A DNA stretch of 64,000 bases from a virus (IMGVR_UViG_2739367553_000005:1-64000); one strand, 5' to 3'; shown: positions 48,510-57,687, counted from the first letter of the stretch. Numbers and translations are program-made. The notes: generated from the sequence alone by a model not told the origin.

Positions 48510-48761
48510 TTATAATGGCGGTAATTTCTTTAGATTCTGGCTATCCCACATATCTAATAATTCATTGTGATTCTGGGACATCCACTCTTTAACAAGTTCC
48601 TGTGCTCTCCGGGGTAAATCTCCTTCTGTCATTTCCATAGTCCGCAAATCAAAGATTCCGATATGCTCACCATACAAAGCATGTAAATGACTTGGTTCAT
48701 GTTCCTTTGGTTTGAAGAACATTTTAATTACTATCCCATAGAACCTTGCTATCTCTGGCAC
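48510..48761 (-). CDS. DUF4160 toxin-like protein (GTG start)
   Basis: PEIARFYGIVIKMFF, EHEPSHLHALYG, GDLPRRA..LV.EW. Confidence 0.85.
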   Translation of the reverse strand: MPEIARFYGIVIKMFFKPKEHEPSHLHALYGEHIGIFDLRTMEMTEGDLPRRAQELVKEWMSQNHNELLDMWDSQNLKKLPPL

Positions 48762-48806
48762 CTTATCAACTCCTTTTATCATTACTTCTTGTATGGTTAT
48801 ATTATA

Positions 48807-49259
48807 TTCTATTATCATGTAATAGTCAATTCTATTATTGCGTAATTTTTAATTTTCTTTATATTCCATAATCTGTCCTGGTTGACACCTGAGAAGTTTA
48901 CACAAATTACATATGACTTCACAAGTAACATTCTCATTTTTTACCAACTTATAAACAGTAGCCCGATGAATCCCATTATCTATAAGCCACTGCTTTTTTA
49001 GGCCTTTTTTATCCATCAAAATCCAAAACTTTTCAAAGTCAATAATTCCATTCTCTCCATAGTTTGCCACTGTCTCACCGCTTTCTATTATCGTGTATCA
49101 TTCTATATACAATAATATTCTAAAATCGTGTAATTGTCAACATTCTATTGTCATGTACTTTTCCAACAAGCCCAACATTTTTATTCTATTTTTGTGTAAT
49201 ATGTAGATATTCTATTTTCGTGTAATTTTCTATTGAAATTAATTCTATTATCGTGTAAT
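48807..49259. promoter_or_regulatory. eight copies of a 17-bp operator-like motif (consensus TTCTATTATCGTGTAAT)
   Basis: copies start at 48807, 48830, 49083, 49118, 49143, 49184, 49210, 49243; core TATTA-N5-TAATA dyad in the best copies. Confidence 0.8.
48849..49070 (-). CDS. Cro/C1-type HTH transcriptional regulator
   Basis: GIHRATVYKLVKNENVTCEVICNLCKLLRCQPGQIMEY. Confidence 0.85.
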   Translation of the reverse strand: MANYGENGIIDFEKFWILMDKKGLKKQWLIDNGIHRATVYKLVKNENVTCEVICNLCKLLRCQPGQIMEYKEN

Positions 49260-49312
49260 ATAATGATATAGCAAGCAACACAAAACAATTCAATCGAAAG
49301 GTGGTAATCACT

Positions 49313-49597
49313 ATGACAAAGACGGCTAGGAAAGAAGTAGTTAAGGCAATCGCAAAAGTATTCGAAGTTTCACCAAATAAGGTAACTCTATTAGAATCCA
49401 GCGGAAACATTGAGAGTTTCAAGAATAACGGTATGTTTGATGAGTCCGAAGAGAATTTTTCTATAAACATCAGATACAACAATTTCTTATCAAAAGGCTA
49501 TAGTGTATTGGTCAGTTGTGTTAAATCAGGAAGTAACAAAGATTACATTGCACATAGTCATACGGTTATCGAAAGTGAAGCATATGACACCATTTAA
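49313..49597 (+). CDS. hypothetical protein, first gene of the divergent small-gene array
   Basis: AAAGGTGG RBS before the ATG at 49313. Confidence 0.6.
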   Translation: MTKTARKEVVKAIAKVFEVSPNKVTLLESSGNIESFKNNGMFDESEENFSINIRYNNFLSKGYSVLVSCVKSGSNKDYIAHSHTVIESEAYDTI

Positions 49598-49690
49598 TAA
49601 ATCCCCTGAAGAGTCTTTGAAGATTAAGACGAAACCGCCTGCCGGCGGTCGGGATACACGCACATTACAACCAAATAAGGAGGTTTTACA

Positions 49691-49897
49691 ATGGCAAATT
49701 TAGCACACTTATTCCACGTAGGACAGAAATTAAAAATCAGAAATGATGACTTTGATTCACTTCATAAATTCAATGATGGGATTGTAAAGGAAGCGCACGA
49801 ACATCATATCATAGTAACAGAAACAAAAACAAATACAGACGGTTGGTATGAAGAAGGTCTTAACATTGATATGCTTTACCCTGAATACAATTTTTAG
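49691..49897 (+). CDS. small hypothetical protein
   Basis: AAGGAGG RBS. Confidence 0.7.
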   Translation: MANLAHLFHVGQKLKIRNDDFDSLHKFNDGIVKEAHEHHIIVTETKTNTDGWYEEGLNIDMLYPEYNF

Positions 49898-50188
49898 TCT
49901 TAACTTATAAAATGAAAGGAGCTCCACATGAAAACAGAACACAGGGTAGACAATTGGAATCAAAATAAAATCTGGATCTGCAAAATCTCAAAATGCAATC
50001 ACTACTACATAGGCCAGCAAGTGGGTTGCCTGAACTTACGACCGGTAAGAGTTTCAAAATCTTATTACAAGTCAATCATCTTTAATCCCAAATTTGCATA
50101 TTAGGCGACGTTGTCGCCTCTCTAATGCGGGTATCCGGTCTCAACCCCGGAGGAAGTCGCAGAGCGGAGAAATCACAGATGAGACCAC

Positions 50189-50617
50189 ATGAAAGGCGGT
50201 ACTTATATGAAAAAGACTACTAATAAAATTCAAGAGAATTACATGTTATCTAAAGCGCACCTCGAAACCCTGGAGGACAAAGAAAACAAACTGGAGCACC
50301 AGTATATCATTGACAATGGAATCATTAATCCGGACGGCTCCATACCTGAACACATCTATTGCATAGAAGACGAGGAAACATTTAACAAGGCAAATGAAGA
50401 ACAGGCAGCAACTGCTGAAGCTTCAGGTTTATGGCAGGAAATATTAGCAGCCAGGGAGATACTTTCCATAGCAGAATCAAAACTTATCGAGTATGGATTA
50501 TCTATAGTTCCGGACAAGCAACGGGAAATCTTGAAAAAGGCAGTTAAAGAAAATTATACCACACGTTTGAAGGTCATTGACATGGTTCTGAAGCTTGATG
50601 TTTCTACAGTAAAATGA
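50189..50617 (+). CDS. hypothetical protein (start probably MKKTT at 50207)
   Basis: AAAGGCGG RBS. Confidence 0.7.
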   Translation: MKGGTYMKKTTNKIQENYMLSKAHLETLEDKENKLEHQYIIDNGIINPDGSIPEHIYCIEDEETFNKANEEQAATAEASGLWQEILAAREILSIAESKLIEYGLSIVPDKQREILKKAVKENYTTRLKVIDMVLKLDVSTVK

Positions 50618-50629
50618 CTGAATGAAAGC

Positions 50630-50919
50630 ACCCACCCCTGAGGTCACGAGGGTAGAAAGGAAGATAAGTTGAAGGAATACAGAGTGGATTTTATAAACCA
50701 GGAAAAAGGAAAAAGAAATCACAGGGATTATGCTACTTTAAAAAATGCGGCAAAGTTTGCAAATTCTCTAGGATGTGATAATTATGCAATTAAGAAATAT
50801 AGCTATAAAACATCCTGTTTTGAATATATGGATGAAGAGGAAGTAAGAGATGTTATGAAAATTGTTGATCAGGGATAAAAAACAAAAACCCACCCCAGAG
50901 GTTACGAGGGCAGAAAGGA
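50630..50919 (+). repeat. two 32-bp intergenic repeats (50630-50661 and 50888-50919)
   Basis: ACCCACCCC(T/A)GAGGT(C/T)ACGAGGG(T/C)AGAAAGGA, 29/32 identical, each ending in an RBS. Confidence 0.85.
50669..50878 (+). CDS. small hypothetical protein
   Basis: TTG start after the repeat-borne RBS. Confidence 0.6.
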   Translation: MKEYRVDFINQEKGKRNHRDYATLKNAAKFANSLGCDNYAIKKYSYKTSCFEYMDEEEVRDVMKIVDQG

Positions 50920-50924
50920 TTATC

Positions 50925-51110
50925 ATGAAAAGAATCGTACCGACTATAGGCAAGATTTACACCAATCGTGGCGGCGGTGATTACCTATGCAAAAATGTAC
51001 TTATTAATGGATAAGCAATAATGGTTCGAGTCAGCGACGGTTGGCGGCTTAGGGCTCACGGCATCTGCCAGTACGAAGATGGAACCATCGAATGGGATTA
51101 TTCCGCATAA
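50925..51110 (+). pseudogene. small phage gene with an internal TAA
   Basis: MKRIVPTIGKIYTNRGGGDYLCKNVLING*AIMVRVSDGWRLRAHGICQYEDGTIEWDYSA; frame continues past the stop. Confidence 0.6.
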
Positions 51111-51203
51111 CATTGAGGCGGCTACTGCCGCCCCTTTAATGCAGCCGGAAAAGCTCCGCAGGTCACAAGCCCTGGTAAATGCAGAGTGGAGGAAAACAAT
51201 AAT

Positions 51204-51926
51204 TTAAGTCATATGATTTATTTGATAATTTTTAAGTTCATGCATTTTTATTAAATCCATTATTTCTTCATTCATTGAGGAAAACTTTTCATCATCCATA
51301 GTAGAACATAACATTATTTTAAATCCATTTTCAAATCTTTTTAATCCATATATGTCGTCTCCATAAGATTCTAATATTGTAAATAACCTTGAATCAAATC
51401 TTCTTCTAATATTACGAGGTATAGGTTCAAAGGTAACCTCTAATTCCGAATAATTTATCCTTTCTCTGAACTTTGACCCCTTTTCTATTGATTCGAAAGA
51501 ATCATTTACCATACTTTTCATTTCTTCTTTTGCCTCTTCCGTCACATTGGGCAGCTCATCTATTCTTCTTTCCAACGCTTGGCTTAGATCGCATCGCATC
51601 TTTTCCATAGTCTGATTTATTATATCTGTTTCACCTTTAACCCTGTCAAGCTTTTCATTTATTTTAACATAAATTTTATTAGTCTCAGAATTATTTACTT
51701 GTCCCCACCAGATCGCTATAAAAGCAAGCGCAATAGACACTCCACTGGCGATAAATGAAATTATATTTACAATATCAGTATTATCACTTAACCTAATTGC
51801 ACAAATAAAAACAATTATACCTATCAAAATTCCTATTAACCAAAAATAATCTTGCTTTCTCCAATTTGAACTATTATTCTCCATCTGGTGCCCCCTAAAA
51901 CATTTCATTTTATTCTTTAAAAGCAC
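51204..51926 (-). CDS. two-TM membrane protein with coiled coil (accessory; start probably MENN)
   Basis: YFWLIGILIGIIVFICA, IISFIASGVSIALAFIAIWW. Confidence 0.7.
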   Translation of the reverse strand: MLLKNKMKCFRGHQMENNSSNWRKQDYFWLIGILIGIIVFICAIRLSDNTDIVNIISFIASGVSIALAFIAIWWGQVNNSETNKIYVKINEKLDRVKGETDIINQTMEKMRCDLSQALERRIDELPNVTEEAKEEMKSMVNDSFESIEKGSKFRERINYSELEVTFEPIPRNIRRRFDSRLFTILESYGDDIYGLKRFENGFKIMLCSTMDDEKFSSMNEEIMDLIKMHELKNYQINHMT

Positions 51927-51971
51927 TTATAAATTAAATCTGCAGGCTTTTTATTGAAAAAAGTTATAGTA

Positions 51972-52712
51972 TTAATAATCTTGTTTTAAATTTGTTTTGA
52001 CAAATTGTTTAACCATCTTTCTTAAATTCATTACATCATTTAATATAGCCAAATTTTCATTTTCAAACCACTTAATAAAATCTTTTTCTTTTAATTTTTT
52101 TAAAGTATCAATATCAATCATAATAGTTTTAAAAACATCATATCTCTTATTAATTATCTGTAGATCTTTAATTAATTTATCTATTTCAGCGTATTGAGAA
52201 TTAACTTGCAATTGTAATACTAATTCTATATAAACGCTTTCACAAGCTATAAATGAATTAACCATGAAATGGTATTCACTTACCCCCGATGTGTTAATAT
52301 ATGACACCGCAGAATTAAATGCCTTAGTCATATTGGAGTTATATATTGCATATTCTTTTATAATGTACCCACAAAATTCTCTTTTTATATTTTTTATTTC
52401 CTTTTCCTTTTCTGCCAATAAAGTCTTATCAAGTTGCTTATTGCTATTATTAATGGAAATATACATTACTATCAATGTTATGATTGCACCAATAATGGCC
52501 CCTAAGTATCCCCCTAAAAATGACATCCAGACCTCATTATTAACATTACTTGGATAGTTACTTCCTAAAACTAATTTATCAATACATATTGGAAATATAG
52601 CAGAAATAGCAATTACTATTAATATAGGCAATAAATGTTTCTTCAACCCAGTTTCCTCCATATAGTTTTTTTCATCATACACCAAAATCAAATAAAAGAA
52701 AATACCCGTCAA
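51972..52712 (-). CDS. two-TM membrane protein (accessory)
   Basis: LLPILIVIAISAIFP, WMSFLGGYLGAIIGAIITLIV. Confidence 0.7.
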   Translation of the reverse strand: MTGIFFYLILVYDEKNYMEETGLKKHLLPILIVIAISAIFPICIDKLVLGSNYPSNVNNEVWMSFLGGYLGAIIGAIITLIVMYISINNSNKQLDKTLLAEKEKEIKNIKREFCGYIIKEYAIYNSNMTKAFNSAVSYINTSGVSEYHFMVNSFIACESVYIELVLQLQVNSQYAEIDKLIKDLQIINKRYDVFKTIMIDIDTLKKLKEKDFIKWFENENLAILNDVMNLRKMVKQFVKTNLKQDY

Positions 52713-52753
52713 TTAAAAATCGACAGGCATTTCAACTTGATTCATTTCAGAAT

Positions 52754-53509
52754 CTATTCATAATTCTTAATAATCAATTCTTTATATCTCCTACTCTTAT
52801 CCTTATTCACCAGATTATCCATTCTGTCAACTTCTATGATGGTATATCCCTCAAACAAATCCCTGATCTGCTGGCAGTCATTATAGGACAATACAAATTT
52901 CCCTTTAATATTGCCCAGGCATCTTTGTAATCTTTCATGGTCCTCTGGGTTGAACCGATCCGGGTAATACTTCTCCGCTTCGTAATAGGGCGGATCCAGA
53001 TAAAATAATGCATCCGGCCTGTCATATGTTTTTATCAGCCGTTCAAAGTCCTGGTTCTCTATTACCACTCGATTTAACCGTCCTGACACCTCTTTCAGAT
53101 AATCAACAGCTTTCTGCATGTCTCTTGGACAAACTCTAAAAGATTTACAGTCTGTCCCAAAACTCTCCCTGATCAGGCAGAAGAATCGGGCGGCCCGTTG
53201 TATGTCAGTCATTCCTCTGGTATTCCTGCTTAACTCGTCAAAGAACTGCTCTCTGGACATAAGCAGCCATTCCAGTTCCTTCTGCAGTGTTTCCGGGTGA
53301 TATTTAACCACCCGGTATAAATTAATCAATTCTCCATTCACATCGTTAAAGACTTCCAATGGTGCATGTTTATCCTTTGAAAATAAGACCCAACCGGCTC
53401 CGCCGAATACCTCAATATACCGGCTGTATGAACCCAGATCCGGGAACTGCTCAAGTATTTGCTTCCGTAATAACTTCTTTCCACCAATCCAACTAATAAA
53501 ACTATTCAT
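52754..53509 (-). CDS. DNA adenine methyltransferase (Dam/D12-like)
   Basis: WIGGK, EVFGGAGWV, YLDPPY. Confidence 0.9.
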   Translation of the reverse strand: MNSFISWIGGKKLLRKQILEQFPDLGSYSRYIEVFGGAGWVLFSKDKHAPLEVFNDVNGELINLYRVVKYHPETLQKELEWLLMSREQFFDELSRNTRGMTDIQRAARFFCLIRESFGTDCKSFRVCPRDMQKAVDYLKEVSGRLNRVVIENQDFERLIKTYDRPDALFYLDPPYYEAEKYYPDRFNPEDHERLQRCLGNIKGKFVLSYNDCQQIRDLFEGYTIIEVDRMDNLVNKDKSRRYKELIIKNYE

Positions 53510-53549
53510 TACAAAACCTCCTTTTTGGAGAATCTCAATAGAACAATTT

Positions 53550-54578
53550 TTAAGAATCTAATAGATGAAATTTACATGCTATTTCCTGTATTACATTTAC
53601 AGTTACTCCATTACCCGCCTGCTTATAGAGCTGATTATCGCTATTGACCATAGCTGCCTGCTCAAAATATTTATCTTTCCAGCCCTGCAAACGAAAGCAT
53701 TCTCGTGGGGTAAGCTTGCGAATTTTAGGAACCTTATCCCTCACGCAAACAACTGCTTGACTACATGAAGTTGTTAATGTATGAACTTTCCCCTTGCCAA
53801 CCCGCCCCCGCTTAGTAGTACTATTGGGATAATCAAGTTTAATGCTATCTCCTACCTCAGCGCGAGTGTAACCTTTTTCATTTGCATCTCGGATTAAAAA
53901 ACCTTCTCTATGCTTCTTGATTTTTAATGAAAGATTATTTTGGCTGCCTGTTCCTCTGATAGGTAATACTTTTCTTCCGGTTCTTCTTCTAAGAAATCCA
54001 ACAATAAACACTCTTTCTCTACTTTGCGGGATTCCGAAATCTTTGGTATTGAGAACTTGCCATTCTGCATCATAGCCGACTTCGTCCAATTCAATGAGAA
54101 GTTTGGTAAAATCGAGCCCTCGATTAACACTAAGTAAGTTTTTAACGTTCTCAATAAATAGGATTGAGGGTTTATTTTCTTCCGGCAGGTCTCTAATAAG
54201 TCCTGTAACTGTGAAAAACAAACTTGAACGTTTCCCAGCAAATCCAAGTCTTTTCCCGGCAATGGAAATGTCTTGGCACGGAAATCCGAAACACCACACA
54301 TCTGCTCTGGGCAATTCTCTGGCTGCAATATTTCTGATATCATTTGCGTACCATTCCCCATTTCTGTACTTCTCCTTTAAAATCTCTATTTGCCTTTCTC
54401 TAAATGGAAGCTGAAAAAGGTATTGATTTTGCTCTTCGGATATTAAATGCATAGATGTATAACTCATTACTGCATATTTATCCCATTCACAAAAGCCAAC
54501 ACATCTATGACCAGCAAGTTCCATTCCTTTTCTAAATCCACCAATGCCAGAAAAAAAATCCAAAAATGTAAGACTCAT
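53550..54578 (-). CDS. DNA cytosine-5 methyltransferase (start probably MSLTFLDFF)
   Basis: FFSGIGG, GFPCQDIS, ENVKNL, QSRERVF, LTPREC, YKQAGNGV. Confidence 0.9.
   Translation of the reverse strand: MSLTFLDFFSGIGGFRKGMELAGHRCVGFCEWDKYAVMSYTSMHLISEEQNQYLFQLPFRERQIEILKEKYRNGEWYANDIRNIAARELPRADVWCFGFPCQDISIAGKRLGFAGKRSSLFFTVTGLIRDLPEENKPSILFIENVKNLLSVNRGLDFTKLLIELDEVGYDAEWQVLNTKDFGIPQSRERVFIVGFLRRRTGRKVLPIRGTGSQNNLSLKIKKHREGFLIRDANEKGYTRAEVGDSIKLDYPNSTTKRGRVGKGKVHTLTTSCSQAVVCVRDKVPKIRKLTPRECFRLQGWKDKYFEQAAMVNSDNQLYKQAGNGVTVNVIQEIACKFHLLDS
53924..54361 (-). CDS. overlapping alternative-frame ORF inside the C5-MTase (M.EcoHK31I beta-like)
   Basis: 145-aa stop-free frame ending ECLLLDFLEEEPEEKYYLS. 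Confidence 0.55.
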   Translation of the reverse strand: MGNGTQMISEILQPENCPEQMCGVSDFRAKTFPLPGKDLDLLGNVQVCFSQLQDLLETCRKKINPQSYLLRTLKTYLVLIEGSILPNFSLNWTKSAMMQNGKFSIPKISESRKVEKECLLLDFLEEEPEEKYYLSEEQAAKIIFH

Positions 54579-54764
54579 TTTGTCAAGAAGCTGCTGCAGC
54601 ATTAGTCCGGATGGCTTCGCTCCTTTTAAATTGATATCAAAATTGAGCATAGCACATAGTATTACTGCAATTCTATGTAAAATTGTTTCTTCTTTACACA
54701 TCTAATTACATATCGTATAATTTTCTAAGAACACAAATCCAACATGATCTAGAGGATAAAACTC

Positions 54765-56015
54765 ATGAATAAAATCACTCAAATCACGAAACGCGATATA
54801 ATAGATATTATAAATAATGGTATAGTAGTAGATACAGACAATATTATAAATTCAGAAATTTATGAAAATATTTACGAAGATAAAAATTATAAAATTTGCT
54901 ATCATGGCCGCTTAGATGAGATTGATTTTCTTAAGAGAATATATGATCTACAAAATATCCCATCAATGGATTCAAGATTTTCAGATGCTGAAGGCGATAT
55001 ATGGCAACATACGGTTAATAATTATGATTGGGACGATGATTGGATATTTTCAGATAGTAGATTTGAATTATTATATGGCGATGATGAAGTATTCTTAAAA
55101 TTTATATGTGAAATATTCCATCCCATAGTAAGAAACGAAAGTCAACCTTGGAAAAAAATATTAAAAATAATTAATGATCTTCTAAGAATAGATGGGTATG
55201 AACTATATGAACATAGCCATATATCTGGTAGGGCAATTTATTTTTGGAGAGAGACAGGTGAAAATTTTGTTGAGATACCGGATAATACACATTCTAAATT
55301 CTATGAACTAAAATTAATTGGAGAAGGTTCTTATGCAAAGGTTTTTAAATACAGAAATGATACTTATCAAAAGATGTTTGTTATAAAAAGAGCAAAATCA
55401 GACTTAGATGATAAAGAATTGGAAAGATTTAAGCGAGAATATGAGCAGATGAAATCTCTGAATTCACCATACATAGTTGAAGTCTATGGATATGACGATA
55501 GTAAGCATGAATATTCAATGGAATACATGGATTTTACATTAGATAAATATATTTCAACCAATAATGGTAACCTTACTTTTAAACAACGAAAAGGAATTTC
55601 TATGCAGATATTAAGAGCATTTAAATATATACATTCTAAAGAATTACTTCATCGTGATATTTGTCCCAAAAACATTTTAGTAAAAAAATATGATGATGTT
55701 GATGTATTTAAAGTATCTGATTTTGGTTTAGTTAAGATTCCAAATAGTAACCTAACATCACTAAATACAGAATATAAAGGATATTTTAATGATCCTGAAT
55801 TAAGATTAGAAGGCTTTGCCTCATATGGAATAGTACATGAAATATACGCCTTAACTAGAGTAATATATTTTGTAATGACAGGTAAAACCAATACAGATAA
55901 AATTCTCAATGAATCCCTTAAAAGTTTTGTATTAAAAGGATTGAATCCAGATAAAAGATTACGATTTCAAAACATCGAACAACTTACTAAGGCATTTTCA
56001 GATATAACAGAATAA
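54765..56015 (+). CDS. AbiJ_NTD3-like domain fused to a Ser/Thr protein kinase
   Basis: ITQITKRDI, GRLDEIDFLKRIYDL, SRFSDAEGDIWQH, FLKFICEIFHP; kinase GEGSYAKV, HRDICPKN, DFG. Confidence 0.8.
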   Translation: MNKITQITKRDIIDIINNGIVVDTDNIINSEIYENIYEDKNYKICYHGRLDEIDFLKRIYDLQNIPSMDSRFSDAEGDIWQHTVNNYDWDDDWIFSDSRFELLYGDDEVFLKFICEIFHPIVRNESQPWKKILKIINDLLRIDGYELYEHSHISGRAIYFWRETGENFVEIPDNTHSKFYELKLIGEGSYAKVFKYRNDTYQKMFVIKRAKSDLDDKELERFKREYEQMKSLNSPYIVEVYGYDDSKHEYSMEYMDFTLDKYISTNNGNLTFKQRKGISMQILRAFKYIHSKELLHRDICPKNILVKKYDDVDVFKVSDFGLVKIPNSNLTSLNTEYKGYFNDPELRLEGFASYGIVHEIYALTRVIYFVMTGKTNTDKILNESLKSFVLKGLNPDKRLRFQNIEQLTKAFSDITE

Positions 56016-56090
56016 TATGTACGTTTGTAAAAATCTATTTACCGCTACAACTCTATAAAATCCGAGCTGTAGCGGTTTTATATTATATAA

Positions 56091-56474
56091 CTATATTTTA
56101 AAATGATTAACGCTACTAAGTGATTTATTATGAATATTAAAAATCTGCCTTACACTATACCCCATTTTGTCTGCAATAACGTCCCATGTATAACCTCTTA
56201 TGTACCGATATTTCATCAATCGCTTTTCCTGTTCATCTTCCATATTCTCAATTTTATCATATAGTTCCAGGCAAATTTTCACCTTCTGGTATCGGTAGCA
56301 AATAACTTTCTGTTTCAGATCATTAAGAGCATCTACATATTTATCGTCGTAACCATAAGAAGCCATCTCTTTCTGTATTATCTGGATATCTTCATCCGCA
56401 TCAGAAATAGCAGCATTGAATGCAACCAGATTTTTTAATTGATCCATTGTCTTATTTTTCATTAGGCTATACAC
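56091..56474 (-). CDS. DUF1492/ArpU-like HTH regulator
   Basis: YRYIRGYTWDVIADKMGYSVRQIFNIH. Confidence 0.7.
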   Translation of the reverse strand: MYSLMKNKTMDQLKNLVAFNAAISDADEDIQIIQKEMASYGYDDKYVDALNDLKQKVICYRYQKVKICLELYDKIENMEDEQEKRLMKYRYIRGYTWDVIADKMGYSVRQIFNIHNKSLSSVNHFKI

Positions 56475-57508
56475 CTCTCTCTTATGTTTCTTAATGTGTC
56501 AGGAGTTGATTGAGCATAATAAGCTGCCGTTACCGAAGGGCTTCCATGACCCATAATCTCCTGAATTGTTCCAATGTCCACACCTTTGTTTTTGAGTGTC
56601 ATTCCGAGCGTCTTCCGGATCTTATGTGGGTATACCCTACTCTTTACCATGGCGCGCTTTCCGATAGTTTTAAGAATGCTCCTAATTCCGGAAGTAGTCA
56701 TTTGATCATGCGGCGCCTTACACTGAGGAAACATAAAAGGGCTATCGTCATTCCGGGAGTCCATATATTTGCGGTAATAATATCTTGCATCATCATCTAA
56801 AAATATCGGCCGGTATTTGTCGCTCTTCTCACCCAAGATCATGATATCACCGGTATTCCAATCTATCTGGTCAAGAGTTATCTCTACCAGCTCCCCTACT
56901 CTGGCACCGGTGCTGCGAAGCACTTCTATTAAAGCACGTTCCCGGTAACTCTTACAGGCGTCTTTCATTTTTGTCATCTCTTCAGGCTTAAAATAATCAA
57001 TCGGCTTTTTGATAGCTTTGAGTGGATCCGTTGCCTCGACCGGATTTTCTCCAATCAATTTTTCCTTTCGCATCCAAGTGAAGAAAGCAGAGAGGAAACG
57101 TCTTTCATTATTTACGGTTATGGCCTGATTCTTCTTGCCACTGGCATTTATATTCCGCTTCTCATACCAGGACAGGTAATAGCTGATATCGGATTCCTCT
57201 ATCCTATCCAGCGGCTTGTCAATCAAGGTAATCAGGCGTTTAACTGAACTAAGATATGCTTGCTTAGTATTATCTTTTATTTTTTTCTTCACTATAAAAA
57301 GCTGAACGATGTACTTATTCTTCTGATCCGTGTCATTCTGATATTCTACCGGAAGAGTGGTTATTTCTTCCATGTTGACATTGACAAATTCCTTTATGAT
57401 TACCTGATGAAGAATGTCTAAAACATCTTTAGTCACATGCTCTGCCATGGCAACAATAATGTTGTTAATTACCTGCGCTTTTATGGTTTGTCCATTCATA
57501 ATATGCAA
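56462..57508 (-). CDS. tyrosine recombinase (XerD-like family)
   Basis: catalytic R (STGARVGEL), HKIR, MGH, terminal Y (AYYA); SAM-like N-terminal domain. Confidence 0.9.
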   Translation of the reverse strand: MHIMNGQTIKAQVINNIIVAMAEHVTKDVLDILHQVIIKEFVNVNMEEITTLPVEYQNDTDQKNKYIVQLFIVKKKIKDNTKQAYLSSVKRLITLIDKPLDRIEESDISYYLSWYEKRNINASGKKNQAITVNNERRFLSAFFTWMRKEKLIGENPVEATDPLKAIKKPIDYFKPEEMTKMKDACKSYRERALIEVLRSTGARVGELVEITLDQIDWNTGDIMILGEKSDKYRPIFLDDDARYYYRKYMDSRNDDSPFMFPQCKAPHDQMTTSGIRSILKTIGKRAMVKSRVYPHKIRKTLGMTLKNKGVDIGTIQEIMGHGSPSVTAAYYAQSTPDTLRNIRERCIA

Positions 57509-57532
57509 TCTCCTTTTCTTAAAATTTCAGTT

Positions 57533-57610
57533 GCTTAAGGAGACATTTTCTTTTATAATATCCTTAAGCGTGAAGCGGTAGACGAACTTTGGTCGGGGAC
57601 TCTGCCGCTT
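57533..57610 (-). promoter_or_regulatory. double-hairpin leader upstream of the recombinase
   Basis: GCTTAAGGA/TCCTTAAGC (57533-57569) and AAGCGGTAGA/TCTGCCGCTT (57573-57610). Confidence 0.5.
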
Positions 57611-57687
57611 GTTTATTGTTTGAAAATCGAATGTATGTTCTTTTGATGTTATTTTTTTACCGGGGTCTATGCCCCGGTAGTAAAACT

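Noticed and set aside
48807-49259. CRISPR array or replication iterons
   Set aside because: Repeats are degenerate 17-mers with irregular short spacing, no cas or rep gene nearby, and a dyad core fitting an operator.
56462-57508. Recombinase as the prophage integrase
   Set aside because: Lies inside the DNA-metabolism gene run, coupled to an ArpU-like gene, far from any boundary, with no adjacent att or repressor.
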